Shown here piece after piece: positions 23,031-35,258 of a stretch of 64,000 bases of DNA. How positions within the stretch are numbered: position 1 is the stretch's first letter; each line of letters begins with the position of its first letter. This stretch comes from Monocercomonoides exilis PA203. Its lineage: Eukaryota; Protista; Preaxostyla. Location of the stretch: positions 1,240,001 to 1,304,000 of the forward strand of contig LSRY02000017.1 in assembly GCA_001643675.2 (NCBI GenBank), given 5' to 3'. Made by a program: the position numbers and the translations under genes. The notes beneath the pieces are model-generated. The model searched no databases. It was not told where the DNA came from and was given only the letters and a program-made list of their open reading frames with translations.

Positions 23031-23831
23031 CAGTCAAAACTGGATATAATCACGTCGAATATAATCACATTCGTTAATTGTCACATTTTTCGATGCACCG
23101 ACATTTTTGGCCTATTTTTCGTTAATTCTCCATCGCATATAATCACAGGGCTAAATATTATATAATCACATTTTTTATTAATATGGGTGATTTTTTCATT
23201 GAAAATAAAATTTCCTGATCAAAATTTCGAATATTCAGACTTATTTTAAGATACAGATTGTGCAAAAAAGACCGGCCAAGATCAATTTCTCAATAACCAC
23301 AAAAGGAATAATTCTGATAAATTTTCTCAAAACATATCTCATCAATATAAACTCATTTAATATACGAGACTTTCAAAACAGTTTCATTTGCGCTCAGAAA
23401 TAAATAATTATTAAAATTTCGGAGAAACTTGATTTTGAATTTCTCCGAAATTTCAAAAATTGATATTTCTGAGCACAAATGAAGCTGTTTTGAAAGTCTT
23501 GTTTATCAACTGAGTTTGTAATGATGAAATATATTTTGAGGAAAATTATCAGAATTATTCCTTTTGTGGTTATTGAGAATTTGATCTTGTCCGGTATTTT
23601 TTGCACAATCTGTATCTTAAAATAAGTCTGAATAATGTGTATTAATGATAAATAGTGTTGATTTTTTCGATAGATGTGTGCTAATGAAAAATAATTAAAA
23701 TGGAAAAATAGGCTCTAATTTTATTGATTAATTTTTTTTTTCTGTGAAAAGCAATATTGTATATATTCACAATCGGATATAGTCACAAAAAGTTGTGCAA
23801 AAACCAACGTGATTATATCCAATTTGGACTG
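23031..23831. mobile_element. Non-autonomous CAGT-ended Tc1/pogo-type element, ~27-bp TIRs
   Basis: CAGTCAAAACTGGATATAATCACGTCG vs reverse complement of right end CAGTCCAAATTGGATATAATCACGTTG. TA on the left, CA on the right; internal ATATAATCAC repeats. Confidence 0.85.
23234..23632. mobile_element. Nested 399-bp foldback MITE with ~120-bp inverted arms, TA flanks
   Basis: TTCAGACTTATTTTAAGATACAGATTGTGC... pairs with ...GCACAATCTGTATCTTAAAATAAGTCTGAA; TA at 23232-33 and 23633-34. Confidence 0.88.
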
Positions 23832-23877
23832 CAATCCTGTAATAAAAAATTGTTTTTTTCATTTACAGAAAATGTTC

Positions 23878-23878
<1 letters not shown>

Positions 23879-23919
<41 letters not shown>
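23879..23919. repeat. poly-T tract (~41 nt)
   Basis: Visible homopolymer. Confidence 0.9.
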
Positions 23920-23920
<1 letters not shown>

Positions 23921-24535
23921 TGACAGACGAGGATTCATGTGATTTGTCAGGTCACAGAGGTATATTTTAAAGTGTTATTATCAAATTAAAATTAAAAATT
24001 ATTTTGTCACTTCATTTTTCAAAAAGACCTCTCACGTGGAATGAATCGCAGATGTTTGGCTTCTCGTTTTGAAGTTGTTTGTCAAGTATCAATTAAAAAA
24101 AAAAAAACAGCTGAGCGTTCAAATGAGATCAACAAATGAATGTTATCAGAATTGGCAATTGTTTGATAATTGTTTAATCGAAAATGTTGTCTTAATTTTT
24201 TAAAAGTTCCTTTTGTTTTATTTCAGGTGAAAACAAAAATTGTGAAATTTGATGAAAATTTCGTTCCAAAAAATCAAAAGTTTCCAGAATAGAAACAATA
24301 ACATTTTCAAACTTTTATTTCCATTCAAGAAGCATTTAGTGAAATGGAATAAAAATTTGATGAAAAATTTCAATTTTTATTTTAACCTGATTATTAAACA
24401 AAATGAACTTTTTAAAAAAATTCAGCAAATATTTTGCTGCTATGCGTATTTACTCATTTTCATAAATTTCAGTTTTCATTGAAAAAATATTTGGTTTATT
24501 TTTCAAATAGAGAATGAATACGAAAGATTTTCACA

Positions 24536-24719
24536 TATGGGACAATATTTTTTGCTTCAAGAATTTTGTTCCACTCAAAAATTTCTAAGAATAATCTAGA
24601 ATTTTTAATATTTCTATATTATTTTTGCACGATAATGCAAGAATTACAATTATTCAATTACCGAAAACGTTTGGAACAAATCATTCAATTTTTCATAAAT
24701 TCAAAAATTCTGTCCCATA
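24536..24719. mobile_element. Candidate ~185-bp MITE
   Basis: TATGGGACAATATTTTTTG ... CAAAAATTCTGTCCCATA inverted termini bounded by TA. Confidence 0.5.
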
Positions 24720-25013
24720 TTCGAATAGTCCAGCTTCTCACGAAAGCTCAAAGCGAAGGACTTAAAAACTCCGTACTTTCACCAAATAAGAAATTGCATT
24801 CTTTTCGAAATTCTTATTATTTAATGTTAGTGATTTCACTTTTCTCCAAAATGAAAAAAAAAAAAATCATTGATGGGTTAAACTTAAAATTTAAAAAAAT
24901 ATTTTACAAAAAAAAATTGAAAAAAAAAAGAGGATCCTATTAATTTTTAATTTAGTAATTTGGACAAATAAAGATATCAATTAAGAGTGAAAAAATTAAA
25001 GAGTTTCTTTTCA

Positions 25014-26437
25014 TCAAACATTCACAAAGTAATCAGAAATATTAATTGGCAAATGAATAAAATATTCTTTGCTCAAATAATTAAATGTTTCATGAAGGCT
25101 AATAATTATATCTTCATATCCTTCTTTTTCCATTTTTTCAAATATCTCTTTTTTTATTAACTTTCTTTTTGGTTCGTATGTTTTAAAATCCTCCATTCTT
25201 TTTAATTTTCTTGAAATCATCAAATAGAAATTCAAGCAATCACATAAAATTTCACCATTTGATGTGGATTGAAGAATTTCCTCAAAAATCAAATCAACTG
25301 CCCCACCTTTCAACAAGTCATTAATTTTAATAACTTCAATTTCCGCTGCTTTTCTTAATAAATGAATGCATTGCTTACTAATTTCTCTGTGATCATCCCT
25401 TGATGCTCGAAATGCCTTAACAATGATGCTAATAAGTTCAGCATAACCCTCATTCCACAAGTGACAAAATTCAAAGTAAAGCGCCAACGTTTGAAACCAT
25501 CTCATCAAAGCAATCACTTCTTCCCTTTCTATTTCTCTCTTCCAATCGACACAACACAATAGCTCATCCAATTCTCTTGCTGCCTCTCTCACAAAACACA
25601 ATTCATTCACAATCATACCTTCCAAATTATTATCGTTGAATAATCTATTTATCAAAAATTGCCAAGCAGATTGATAGGCAAGTCGTTTCAGATTGTGATA
25701 CTCTTGATGATATTGGATGATCTCTTTGATTTCATTCAGATACAATTCTTGTTCCATAAACTTATGAAAATATTGTGAAAAAATTGAAAAAGAAACGTAA
25801 AATTTCACACTTCCCAATATCCAGCGCTACTCATTACCATCAATGCAGTTTCCACTTCATTCTGAGCTTCTTCGCTTTCCTCTTTCTTCAAGGCAACTTT
25901 TATGAGGCAAGGGATACAAATCGGCATTAATTCTGCTGAAATTGTGTTGATAAGAAAAAGATAGCATTCGCAGAGTTCAACTAAAAGCTTTTCATTTTTC
26001 CCTTCTCTTCTCTTTTCTTCATCAATAATCGTCTTCTTTAAACTTTTGCTCAACGAAGTTTCTCCAAAGTGCAGACTCCATACACATTTCATTTCTTTCC
26101 AATATCCAATAAACTTTAGCAAAATACATGTATTTTCAATGGACATTCTCCGTTTTTTTAACATTTTATGCGTTTTATTGAAAAGTACTTCTGTAAAAAC
26201 AGATTTGAATTCTTCTTTGTCCATCTCTTCCATTAATCTATTCGTCTCTTCTATTTTCTGTTTCTGCTCTTCCTTTTCACAATGCTCCAATTCATTAAAT
26301 AATTCTTCCAAAATTTAGGAAATATATCTTATAAAGTTCTTTCAAACAATAGAAAAAATTCACAAACTTGAAAACTTATCTCTGAGTGATAGCTCCTGAG
26401 TATCATCATTGGATTTGTCTTCATTGCACATTTCCAT
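25014..26437 (-). CDS. Member of an expanded helical (ARM/HEAT-like) hypothetical protein family; exons 26437-26368, 26304-25811, 25760-25014
   Basis: Two GT-AG introns join the ORFs. Strongly similar to the 31646-33140 paralog (EQKQKIEE, EGKNEKLLV.LCECY, EIKEIIQYHQ, LAYQ.AWQFL, EGYEDII.S, ISDYFVN). Confidence 0.85.
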
Positions 26438-26959
26438 CCTGTCTATTATTAGCAACGATCAATTTACCGCAAAATTTCAAATAAAAAACAAAATAACAAA
26501 AACAAAATTGTTGATTATTGATGTAATAAAATTATAATTGTCAAACTCAATTCTTTTGCTTAATAAAAATCTGTGGTAAAAAAGAAATCGCAAAGAAGCA
26601 ACAATATTGGTCGTATTTAGCCAAATACGAAAGAGTTTAATTTCTTCCTGATCGAACCAAAAATAATTCATTTCATTGAAATGAATGGAATTTCGAATGA
26701 AAAATAGAATGAATTGGAAAATTTCTACATATTTGACATTGAACATCAAAGCCATTTGAAGAAGAAATTTTTTTTATTTCAACGTTCTGAGCTACATGAA
26801 GAGTTGGCATTTAAGTTATTTAAAAAACTTTACAAAGGAGAGACAAAAAAGAGACAGTGCGCACATTAATCTGTGAATTCCAACATCTCTGTCAATTAAA
26901 AGCCAAATATTAGAAAATCATTTTGAAACTTATTTTTAGAGTTATCTGGAAACTTTACT

Positions 26960-27500
26960 TCATCGAAAAAAAATTTTCCGTTATATTGTTGTGTTTGCTG
27001 GTTTCTTTGGACATTTCAAATTTAATGTGTTGAGTAAAGTTATAAGCTATCGGGATAATTTTGTTATTAGTTCCTTTCTTGAGTGGGTTGTCCATGCTGA
27101 AGGTGGATTGATGAAGAGGATTAAGGTTTCATCAATTCACATTTTTTTTTTGATATTCGGGCATGTGATAGTTGGATGCCTTAGGAACTGTATCAAGACA
27201 ACAATGGACAACATTATTAATTGAACATTGAAAGAGATTTAATTCCAAAAGGCTTTGCGGTTGAGCGAAGATGAAAAAATACGAGAAGGCGAAGGAGATT
27301 GAGAGGACAAGCAGAACAAAGTGCATGGGGAATTTTAAGTTCGTTTTAATCTATTTTAAACTTCGTGGAGATGCCAATTGATGAGTCTTTTTCTGTGAAG
27401 ACGCTTGCTACGTTTTCTGGAAAATCATCATTTTGGGTTGTTTTGATAATTGTTGTTGATTCTCCAATTTCAGTGGGATTTCGAGAAAGACGGAAACAAT
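26960..27500 (-). pseudogene. Decayed coding remnant, weakly reminiscent of a DIRS-type tyrosine recombinase
   Basis: Minus-strand frame with several stops: FRLSRNPTE...ISTKFKID*NELKIPHALCSACPLNLLRLL...KPFG...LSHARIS. Motif resemblance only. Confidence 0.2.
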
Positions 27501-27914
27501 TTTAGTGATGCCGGAGTGAATATATCAAAATAAAATAGACTACAATTGAAATGGTTGATCAAAATAAGGTGCATCATTCAATTTGTTGCTGTATTTGTAA
27601 CGTTTTTTATTTGAAAAATTAACTAAAGAAAAAGAAAAAAAGAAATCAATAAAAATAAAAATAAATCGAACTTTCTCGGAAATTATAATTTCATTTTTTC
27701 ATTTTCATTTTTTCTTTCTTTTCTTTCTTTCTGTTTTGGTGTTGCAACTCAGTTCTTTTGACTTCAGTTTATAAAAATTAACGTCTGGGAAGAAATGATA
27801 AAAAACACGCTGCTTCAATCAGAGAGGCTACAAGATGAGCTTGAAAAAAAGGATATTTCCTCATAAAGAATACAAGCTTTTATTTGTGATTTCTTTTCTC
27901 TCTTTCTCTCTTTT

Positions 27915-27949
<35 letters not shown>

Positions 27950-28056
27950 CTGTCTGTCTGTCTTTTTTATCTGGATAATCAATATAATTTTCATATGGAT
28001 AATGATTTTTTAAGAAAACAGACTATTGCACATATTTTGTTTTCTTTAAGGAAAAA

Positions 28057-28058
<2 letters not shown>

Positions 28059-28109
<51 letters not shown>
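28059..28109. repeat. poly-A tract (~51 nt), downstream of (CTTT)n microsatellite at ~27890-27960
   Basis: Visible homopolymer and microsatellite. Confidence 0.9.
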
Positions 28110-28110
<1 letters not shown>

Positions 28111-28479
28111 ACAGCAATCAAGTCAAAAGTGACATTCACCTCATCTTATTTTGATCAATGCATTTATTCACATTTTTTAATGTTCGAGAAAACCAGTTAT
28201 TTTTTTTTTATGAACCCATTTTTCAATTCTGTCCATCAAATCATTCAAGCTTTAAGCAAAGATTGTTATTCAAAGAAAATAAAAATGATGAATATTTAGA
28301 GAACTTTATTTATTTCGAAAAACGAAATTCACAATAAAAATCAAAATAAAAATATTATTCAATTTCTAAAACAACATCCCAATTTTTGAAATTATTCGAA
28401 TTCAGTTCATATTTTTTTAAAAGAAATATTAAACAAATGAATATAGAGCTTTTTTTGTCTATATTTATTTCACACAACC

Positions 28480-30600
28480 AGTTCCTGAACTTCCACATCC
28501 TTAAATGGCCTATATGAAGCAGGACTAATCGACAAAAGCCAGCCGCTGACAATGCAACTGTATTAAAGAGTAACAAAGGCAATTGGATGCTGAGAGGCTG
28601 TGGGCGTGAAGACGAAAACAGTGTTTTTATCAACGAAGAAGAAGGAATAATTGCGGAACAAGCATTTTTTGCAGGAAAAGATGCGACAATGATTGATATA
28701 AGCGATAGCAACAACGCGTCACCTAAACTGTGAGTGAATGAAGCAGATAAAAGGGAAGAACCAGAATTGGCGCATTGAACAGAGAGAAAGATGGTGCTGA
28801 ACTGCTTGAGAACCCTATGCAAACCACTTTTGCTGTTTAGTAGCTCAACTGCGTTAAACAGCATCAAATTTCCCTTTGCTGCGCAGACAGCCAACAGAAG
28901 TGGAGGAAGCTTGTACTAATGGGGTGCAGTGAATGGCAAGGGAGGCATCTGATGCGACAATACGACATTCGATGGGAATGGCGAGTGCACACAGGAACGA
29001 GGAGAATTCTCTATGCTGTAACATACGAAGTACGCAAGGCAGATCATTGTCAGGAACTTTTTTGAAGAGAAGCATCAGAATTGCTTTTGACACCTCTGGT
29101 TCGAACATCCCAAAGAGTCTCCTCTTCATCCAGGTTTCCTTCTCTATCGTATGCAGAGTTCGGGAATCAAACAGCATTATGAATATTCCTCCCTTCAGTC
29201 TAGTTCCGATGTCCACCATCATTCGTTACCGTTGCGCATTCCAAAAGCAGAGGTATTCATCCACTCTGAGTATGAGGAGCGTGTTTCGAGCAATGGAAGA
29301 ATGCAGGAAGAAGGAGGTCATGATGCCTTGCGTGTTATTCTTAAGCTGTTGAATTGGACTGTTTCTGTATGTTCTGTTTGTTCAATGTTTGTTTTGAAGG
29401 CTGAGAAGATGAAAAAGGCGACTTTCGTTGCCAGAACGTAGATGATTGAGGAGAAGTTGAAGCAGATGAGTCTGATGTCATTCCGAATGCTTTGGAAAGT
29501 GGATTTTTGCTTGTCTGAAGTTATAATCCTGCAACTACCTGAACAGTTCCAAGAGTCGAAGAAAGACATTTCATCAAATAGAGAGAATTGAGAAGGTTAA
29601 AGTGTTTATGGTTTCTCTTTCTCCTTTTAGCTCATTCTGTCCGCCTCACTCTCTTCAAACAGAAGATGTTCTTCGTATTTCCCGTAGAATGGTGCATCGG
29701 TTGTGCTATCTTCGTTGTCTCCCTCTTCGTCTCACTCCGTCTTCCACTCATCCCCGAATAAGAGGCACACGCAGAATTAGTCGAATTTCCTCTGCTGTTG
29801 AGTTCCTGCTTTGCCTTCGTCAATTTCTTCTTTTCTACTACGTTAAAGTGTTTACACAGTATCATTGAGGCAATGTTTAACTGTGATGCTTAATCGTATG
29901 CAGATACCATCGGAATATATATCTGTAACAGGATGCTCAAAATTTTGATTGCTTTGTCCAAAAATAGAAAGAGAAAGAGAATAGATAGCACTCACTCTCA
30001 TCTGCCACAATTGGCACAACCACCCCGGTGTACAACGTCAGGCTTCCAAGAGAATTAAATGTATTCAAGTTATATATCGATTCATCCCGTCAAATCCAAC
30101 TGTGAAAGCAGTTGGGTCTTCTGGAGTCATGATGATTACGATATACATCTCCTGTGCATGAAGAGGAGAGTGTGGCGAGATAAAATGTTGAAGATAAAGA
30201 TAGCGACCTGGTTATGCGCTTTTTGACAGTTTGGCAGTGTATTTTGTTCTGTTTCTGCTACAATCCGCAACATTATCATCTCAAGCATTCTTTTCGCTGA
30301 ATGCTTCGTCTCTTTCCCAACATCCTGCCTGATGCATCCAATGACTTCTGAATGGGCATACATCGAACATCCATCTTCGATTGGACGGACAATCAGACAA
30401 GGGTTAAGATGGCTTTGGAAGAGGAAAGAAGAAGAAGAAGATGATAGTTGCGGTGATGAAGTGGAGAAGAGATGGGAGTTGTGTGCTAAATGCTGATGAG
30501 AAAGCGAAGAAGAAGTAGTAGTGGAAGTTGAATAAAAAAAAGACAGAAGAACGATGTTATTAAAAGGGATCAAAAGCAGGTTGTCATTCCGAGGAAGTCT
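28480..30600 (-). pseudogene. Fragmented gene remnant (GC-richer, coding-like), possibly WD40-like
   Basis: Chain of overlapping short minus-strand ORFs with stops and frameshifts, Ser-rich codon tracts, and weak WD-like ends (LCFWN, GNLMLFN, GHLRMWK). Confidence 0.3.
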
Positions 30601-31645
30601 AGATAAACCAGCACGCTTTTTTGTCTGTTCTTTTAGCGAATATCGTGAATGTGCAAGAAAAAAAATTATTGAAGCAATTCTTGTTTCGTTCGATATTTTT
30701 CGTTAAAGTGTGTGTGAAATAGAAGCTGTTGATCTTTATTTCACATGATCCAACATCATGAAAAAATAAATCTTACCTTTATTTTGAATCTTCCATAAAA
30801 TATTGGTTTTTTCTTACTATTACAAAATACAGAAGATAACTTTGCAATAATGCTGCCAATTTCCGGTCTCATTGCTTAATGGGTTATAATGCTTCTTTTC
30901 ACGATAGATATCCCTCCTTCAAAATTGCCATTCAAATTCCTTGTCAAAAACACCACAAATTGTTTCTCTTTCCTTATTTTCCGAAATACAATAAAAATTT
31001 GGTTGTTCTCCATTTTCCATATAATTCCATCCTCTTTTTCACTCATTCATTAAATAACTTTATGAGTAAATTATCATCTCTTGTTCTAAATAAAAATTAT
31101 GAAGCATGACACTGGTATAAATTCTCCTATTTCATAATTTTAATTCAATAATCACCTCTATTCTCATCGTCATGCTCTCCAAAGCGAACATTGGTCATTT
31201 TAATAATTTTCCAAATTCCTGAAGTTTGGAAAGGTTACAAATAGGAATATCTTCGCAATCGATAGAACAATAAAAAATGCATGCATTAATATTTTTTCAT
31301 TCAAAAATGAAATTGTTGCATTTTGTCTGCAATCCAATTTCAAAAACATGACGAAAGCATTCCAAAATCAACGCATCTCCATCATTGCCTGTCCCTACCA
31401 CACATAATAATATCGCCTGCTCTGCAGAAAATATTCGCTTACCGATCTCTGATTTTAAAAAGGAATATTTTTGTTCTTTCAAATCTGATGATCTGAATTT
31501 CCATTACTGCAAATCAAAAAAGATTTATCGTTTTTTCTTTCTTTGTAACGCCTTGGCAAATAATACTAAAATTTTTGAATGGTATAACAATTTAAAATTT
31601 CGTAGTTGTTTTGAGTTTATATTTTGCCCAAATTTCTTCTTTCCA

Positions 31646-33140
31646 ATGATATGCGGATTCAATACGAATTACGAATATTCGTTGTTTTCCGTCTGCAATG
31701 TGCTTTCAAAAATGCAGGCAACGAGTGAAACCGAAAGGTTAAATGGTTTGTGCTCATTATTGCATTTGAATTCATGATTATTGGATTTCATTTATTCTAT
31801 CTTTTCATAAAAGAAATGTTTTCTGAATTTGAACGTTGCACTGTCGTTGAACAGAAACAGAAAATTGAAGAAATGAATGGAATAATAGACGAGATGGACA
31901 AAGAAGAACTTAAATTCGTTTTCGCAACAGAGATGTTCAATAAAATCCACCAAATAATTGAAGAAAAGAAATTATCAATGGAAAATGTAATTTTGCTATT
32001 GAAACACATGGGATATTGCATTAAGCTGAAAGGAGTTTATGTTAGTAGCTATGAAAAATCTTCGTTGTGCAAAAGATTTGAGAAGATGATTATTGAAGAA
32101 GAAAAAGAAAAAGAAGGAAAAAATGAAAAATTGCTGGTTGATCTTTGTGAATGTTATCCTTTATTTTATGACGAATGCACGGACATTCCAGAAACAATAA
32201 TTGGGATTTGTGGGAAATACCTTATGAAAGCAGCATTGAAGAAAGAGGAAAACGAGGAGACACAAAAAGAAGTGGAAATTGCTTTGATGGCTTTGAGAAA
32301 CCTTCATGAATATTCTGTGTGAGAATTTCTATTTCATTTTTGATATTATTGATATGCCCCCTAATTTTTAATTAGAAATCGGATAAAGAAATATATACAT
32401 GCGAGATAAAAGAGATCATTCAATATCATCAGAAGCATCATAACCTAACATCGCTTGCTTATCAAACAGCTTGGCAGTTTTTGATTAGCAGATTTTACTA
32501 TGGAGAAATCTTGGAAGTTGTTATTGCAAATGAGCTTCATTTTGTGAAAGAGGCAGTAAAAGAACTGGAAGAGCTTGAGAAGTGTGTGGATTGGAAGAGA
32601 AAAGAAGAAGGAAAAAAAGAAAAAGAAAACAAAAAAGAGCTTCTTTTGATAAGATGGCTGGGAACATTGGACGGTTTCTTATCTTCATGCGAATTGTGGA
32701 ATGAAGCGTATTCTGGGCTTATCAGCAGCATTACTCAGGTACTTCGAGCAGCAAAAGTGAATAATGGGGGAATTGGCTGGTGGTGTATTAATTTGCTTAA
32801 AAGAGCAGTTGATAGCAGTTCTGTAAAAATTGATGACTTACTGAAAGGAAGAGCCATTGATGCTGTTTTGGAGGCGATTCAGAGGGTAACATTGGATAAC
32901 AGTGAGGTAAGTGAAAGCATGCATTTCTTTCTCTTATTTCAAAAACAATTCAAAAAAGTGGAGGATGACGAGATCGAAAAAGAAAAAAGAAAGGCGTTGT
33001 CAAAGATCATTGAAAAGATGGAAGAAGAAGGATATGAAGATATCATCACAAGCTTTTGTGAATTACTTCATTTTCTTTGGGTAAATAAATGTTATCGACA
33101 TTTATCGTTGGATATTTCTGATTATTTTGTGAACATTTAA
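31646..33140 (+). CDS. Second member of the same expanded hypothetical family; exons 31646-31745, 31814-32316, 32376-33140 (start could be 31712)
   Basis: Introns lie at the same positions and phases as in the 25014-26437 paralog; shared motifs. Confidence 0.85.
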
Positions 33141-34530
33141 GGAAATGAGATGTTACATATTTTGAAACTCAAAAATTTCTTTCTTCTTCTTCTTTTCTTT
33201 ATTAAAAATCTTCTTCAAATGATTCGTCCTCTCAAAGTTTCATAAAAAGAATTAATATGCACATGTATATTTTTCGACTTCAGCAACATTTTCTCTTCTC
33301 TTTTGAACAATTTGTGCTCTTCGGATTTTTCCTTCACTTTCTCATAATCGACAAGTCTTCATTGAACTGAAGAAGAGAAATCAAAACCCAATGATGAAAA
33401 GATGATTTGTGAAATGAATGCGATTGATAAGATAAAGATGCTTTCTTTTGGTGTTTGAAGAGCTGACTGTAGCTTCTCAACCATAAAAGTTCAATTGCTA
33501 TTAAAATATCTTCTTCCAATATTACTCGTCAAACAGTCAACAAGAAAATAATATCTTCAGCCAATTCCGAATGAGAAAGAGAAAAGAAGGCTTCACAAAA
33601 AACGAAGAAAAGAAATACATTTTCAACAAAACAGGTTTTTATTTCCAATCCAAAGGCTTTTATTTGCCCTTATTGTCATCATTCTTCAGCAGTTCAGTTT
33701 CTTCAAACAGCACAAATTAATTTTTAGAATTGAATGTTCACAAAACTGCTCAATTCAACAGTGGTTGAAACAATAACACCTGATTGATATTCATCCTCTT
33801 TCTTTGAGGATGATGATAGAACTGAAAAGAAAGGAAGAGCAATTTGAAAAAGAAGAAGAAAAAAGAAAGACAAAGAATAATCAAAAAGATTGATGTTATT
33901 CTTCTTCCTCCTCCTTATTTGACAATGTTAATTCCTCATTTTCCCCCTTTTCCATGAAAAATTAATGAAATCTATATTTTTCAGGAACATAGCTTGCTGC
34001 TTTGATTTTTATTTGAAAGAGAAAATTTCCTTCTGTAATAGTAATGATAATTTTCAATTTATCACGGATTATAACAAATCCTCTCATCAGCACATACAAC
34101 TCTATTTTAGCTTCTTTCCTATTTATCATATTTTAAGATAAAAGCAATGATCGAAGTTCCACCTTTCACATATCTTCTCCAGCTATTTCGTTAAATATCA
34201 TGTTTGTTCACAAAAACAAATAGAAAATTCTCTTCCATTCAAGTCAATTTAAATATCCAACAATGTTTAAAACAATCATTATTTAAAAAGACACAATTCC
34301 ACCTTTTTCATAAAAAAATTTTTCGAATCTTCAACAAAATATGGGTGCATTTATTGAAATTGGGATTAATTAGATCAAGTCGATTATAAAGTTTGTTTAA
34401 AATTAGTTATTTTGTTGGTAAACATCATAATTTTAATATCGTTTCACTACAATTCTCGTTATCTTTATTCTTTTTAAAAAATATACTGAATCTAAATTTT
34501 TTTTCTGATTTTTTCGATGAATTATGTTAG

Positions 34531-35069
34531 ATGCCTGTCACCATTCAAACAAGAAAGGTTCTGAAGAACCCATTGCTCCACCGTAAGCAAATGGTATTTG
34601 CTCTTGATATTTCATAATATTTTAAGCACTCTAAAATTAAACATACATATTTTTATTTTTTTGAAAAAAAATTTGCTTTTTCTAATAATACGGTGTTTCT
34701 AATATTTTTAAATATTAACAGGTTGTTCATGTGCTTCACCCAGGACAAAAAGCTCTTTCTCGTATTGAACTTCGCAACAAGCTTGCGAAAAACTTCAAAG
34801 TTAAGGATCCTGAATGCGTTATCACTTACGGACTGCGCACTGTTTTTGGAGGAGGGAAAACAACCGGTTTCGCTCTCATTTATGATAAGAGAGAACACAT
34901 GAGAAAAATTGAAATCCGTTATCGTAAGATCCGTCATTTGGTGGCAAAGGCTCCAAAGAAGAAGACCGTCAGAAAGGCAAGAAAGGAGAGAAAGAACAAG
35001 GATAAGAAGAATAGAGGTGTAAAGAACCAGAAAGAACAGAAAGCAAAGCGTCGCCAAAAGAATCAGTAA
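34531..35069 (+). CDS. RPS24: 40S ribosomal protein S24 (eS24); exons 34531-34593, 34722-35069
   Basis: MPVTIQTRKVLKNPLLHRKQM|VVHVLHPG...RTVFGGGKTTGFALIYD...RKERKNK.KK.RG. Confidence 0.97.
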
Positions 35070-35258
35070 TTATTATTGATTCATCTCTATCATTTCGGAT
35101 GGTGTTGCTTGGCATTTAATTTTTCTAGCACTTCTTGTCAAATATATCAAATTCTGAATGTTTATTTTTCGAGAAGTATTTTATATAACGATATTATTTT
35201 TTCTTCAATAAATAAAATGTTTTAAAAAAAATTGTAAAAATAGTGAATTGAAGTGAAC

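Noticed and set aside
34525-34533. TAG directly before ATG (also at 44006) as a trans-splice acceptor
   Set aside because: Only two of about 14 genes show it; compatible with chance.
34594-34721. Longer RPS24 intron as a possible snoRNA host
   Set aside because: No C/D or H/ACA structure recognisable.
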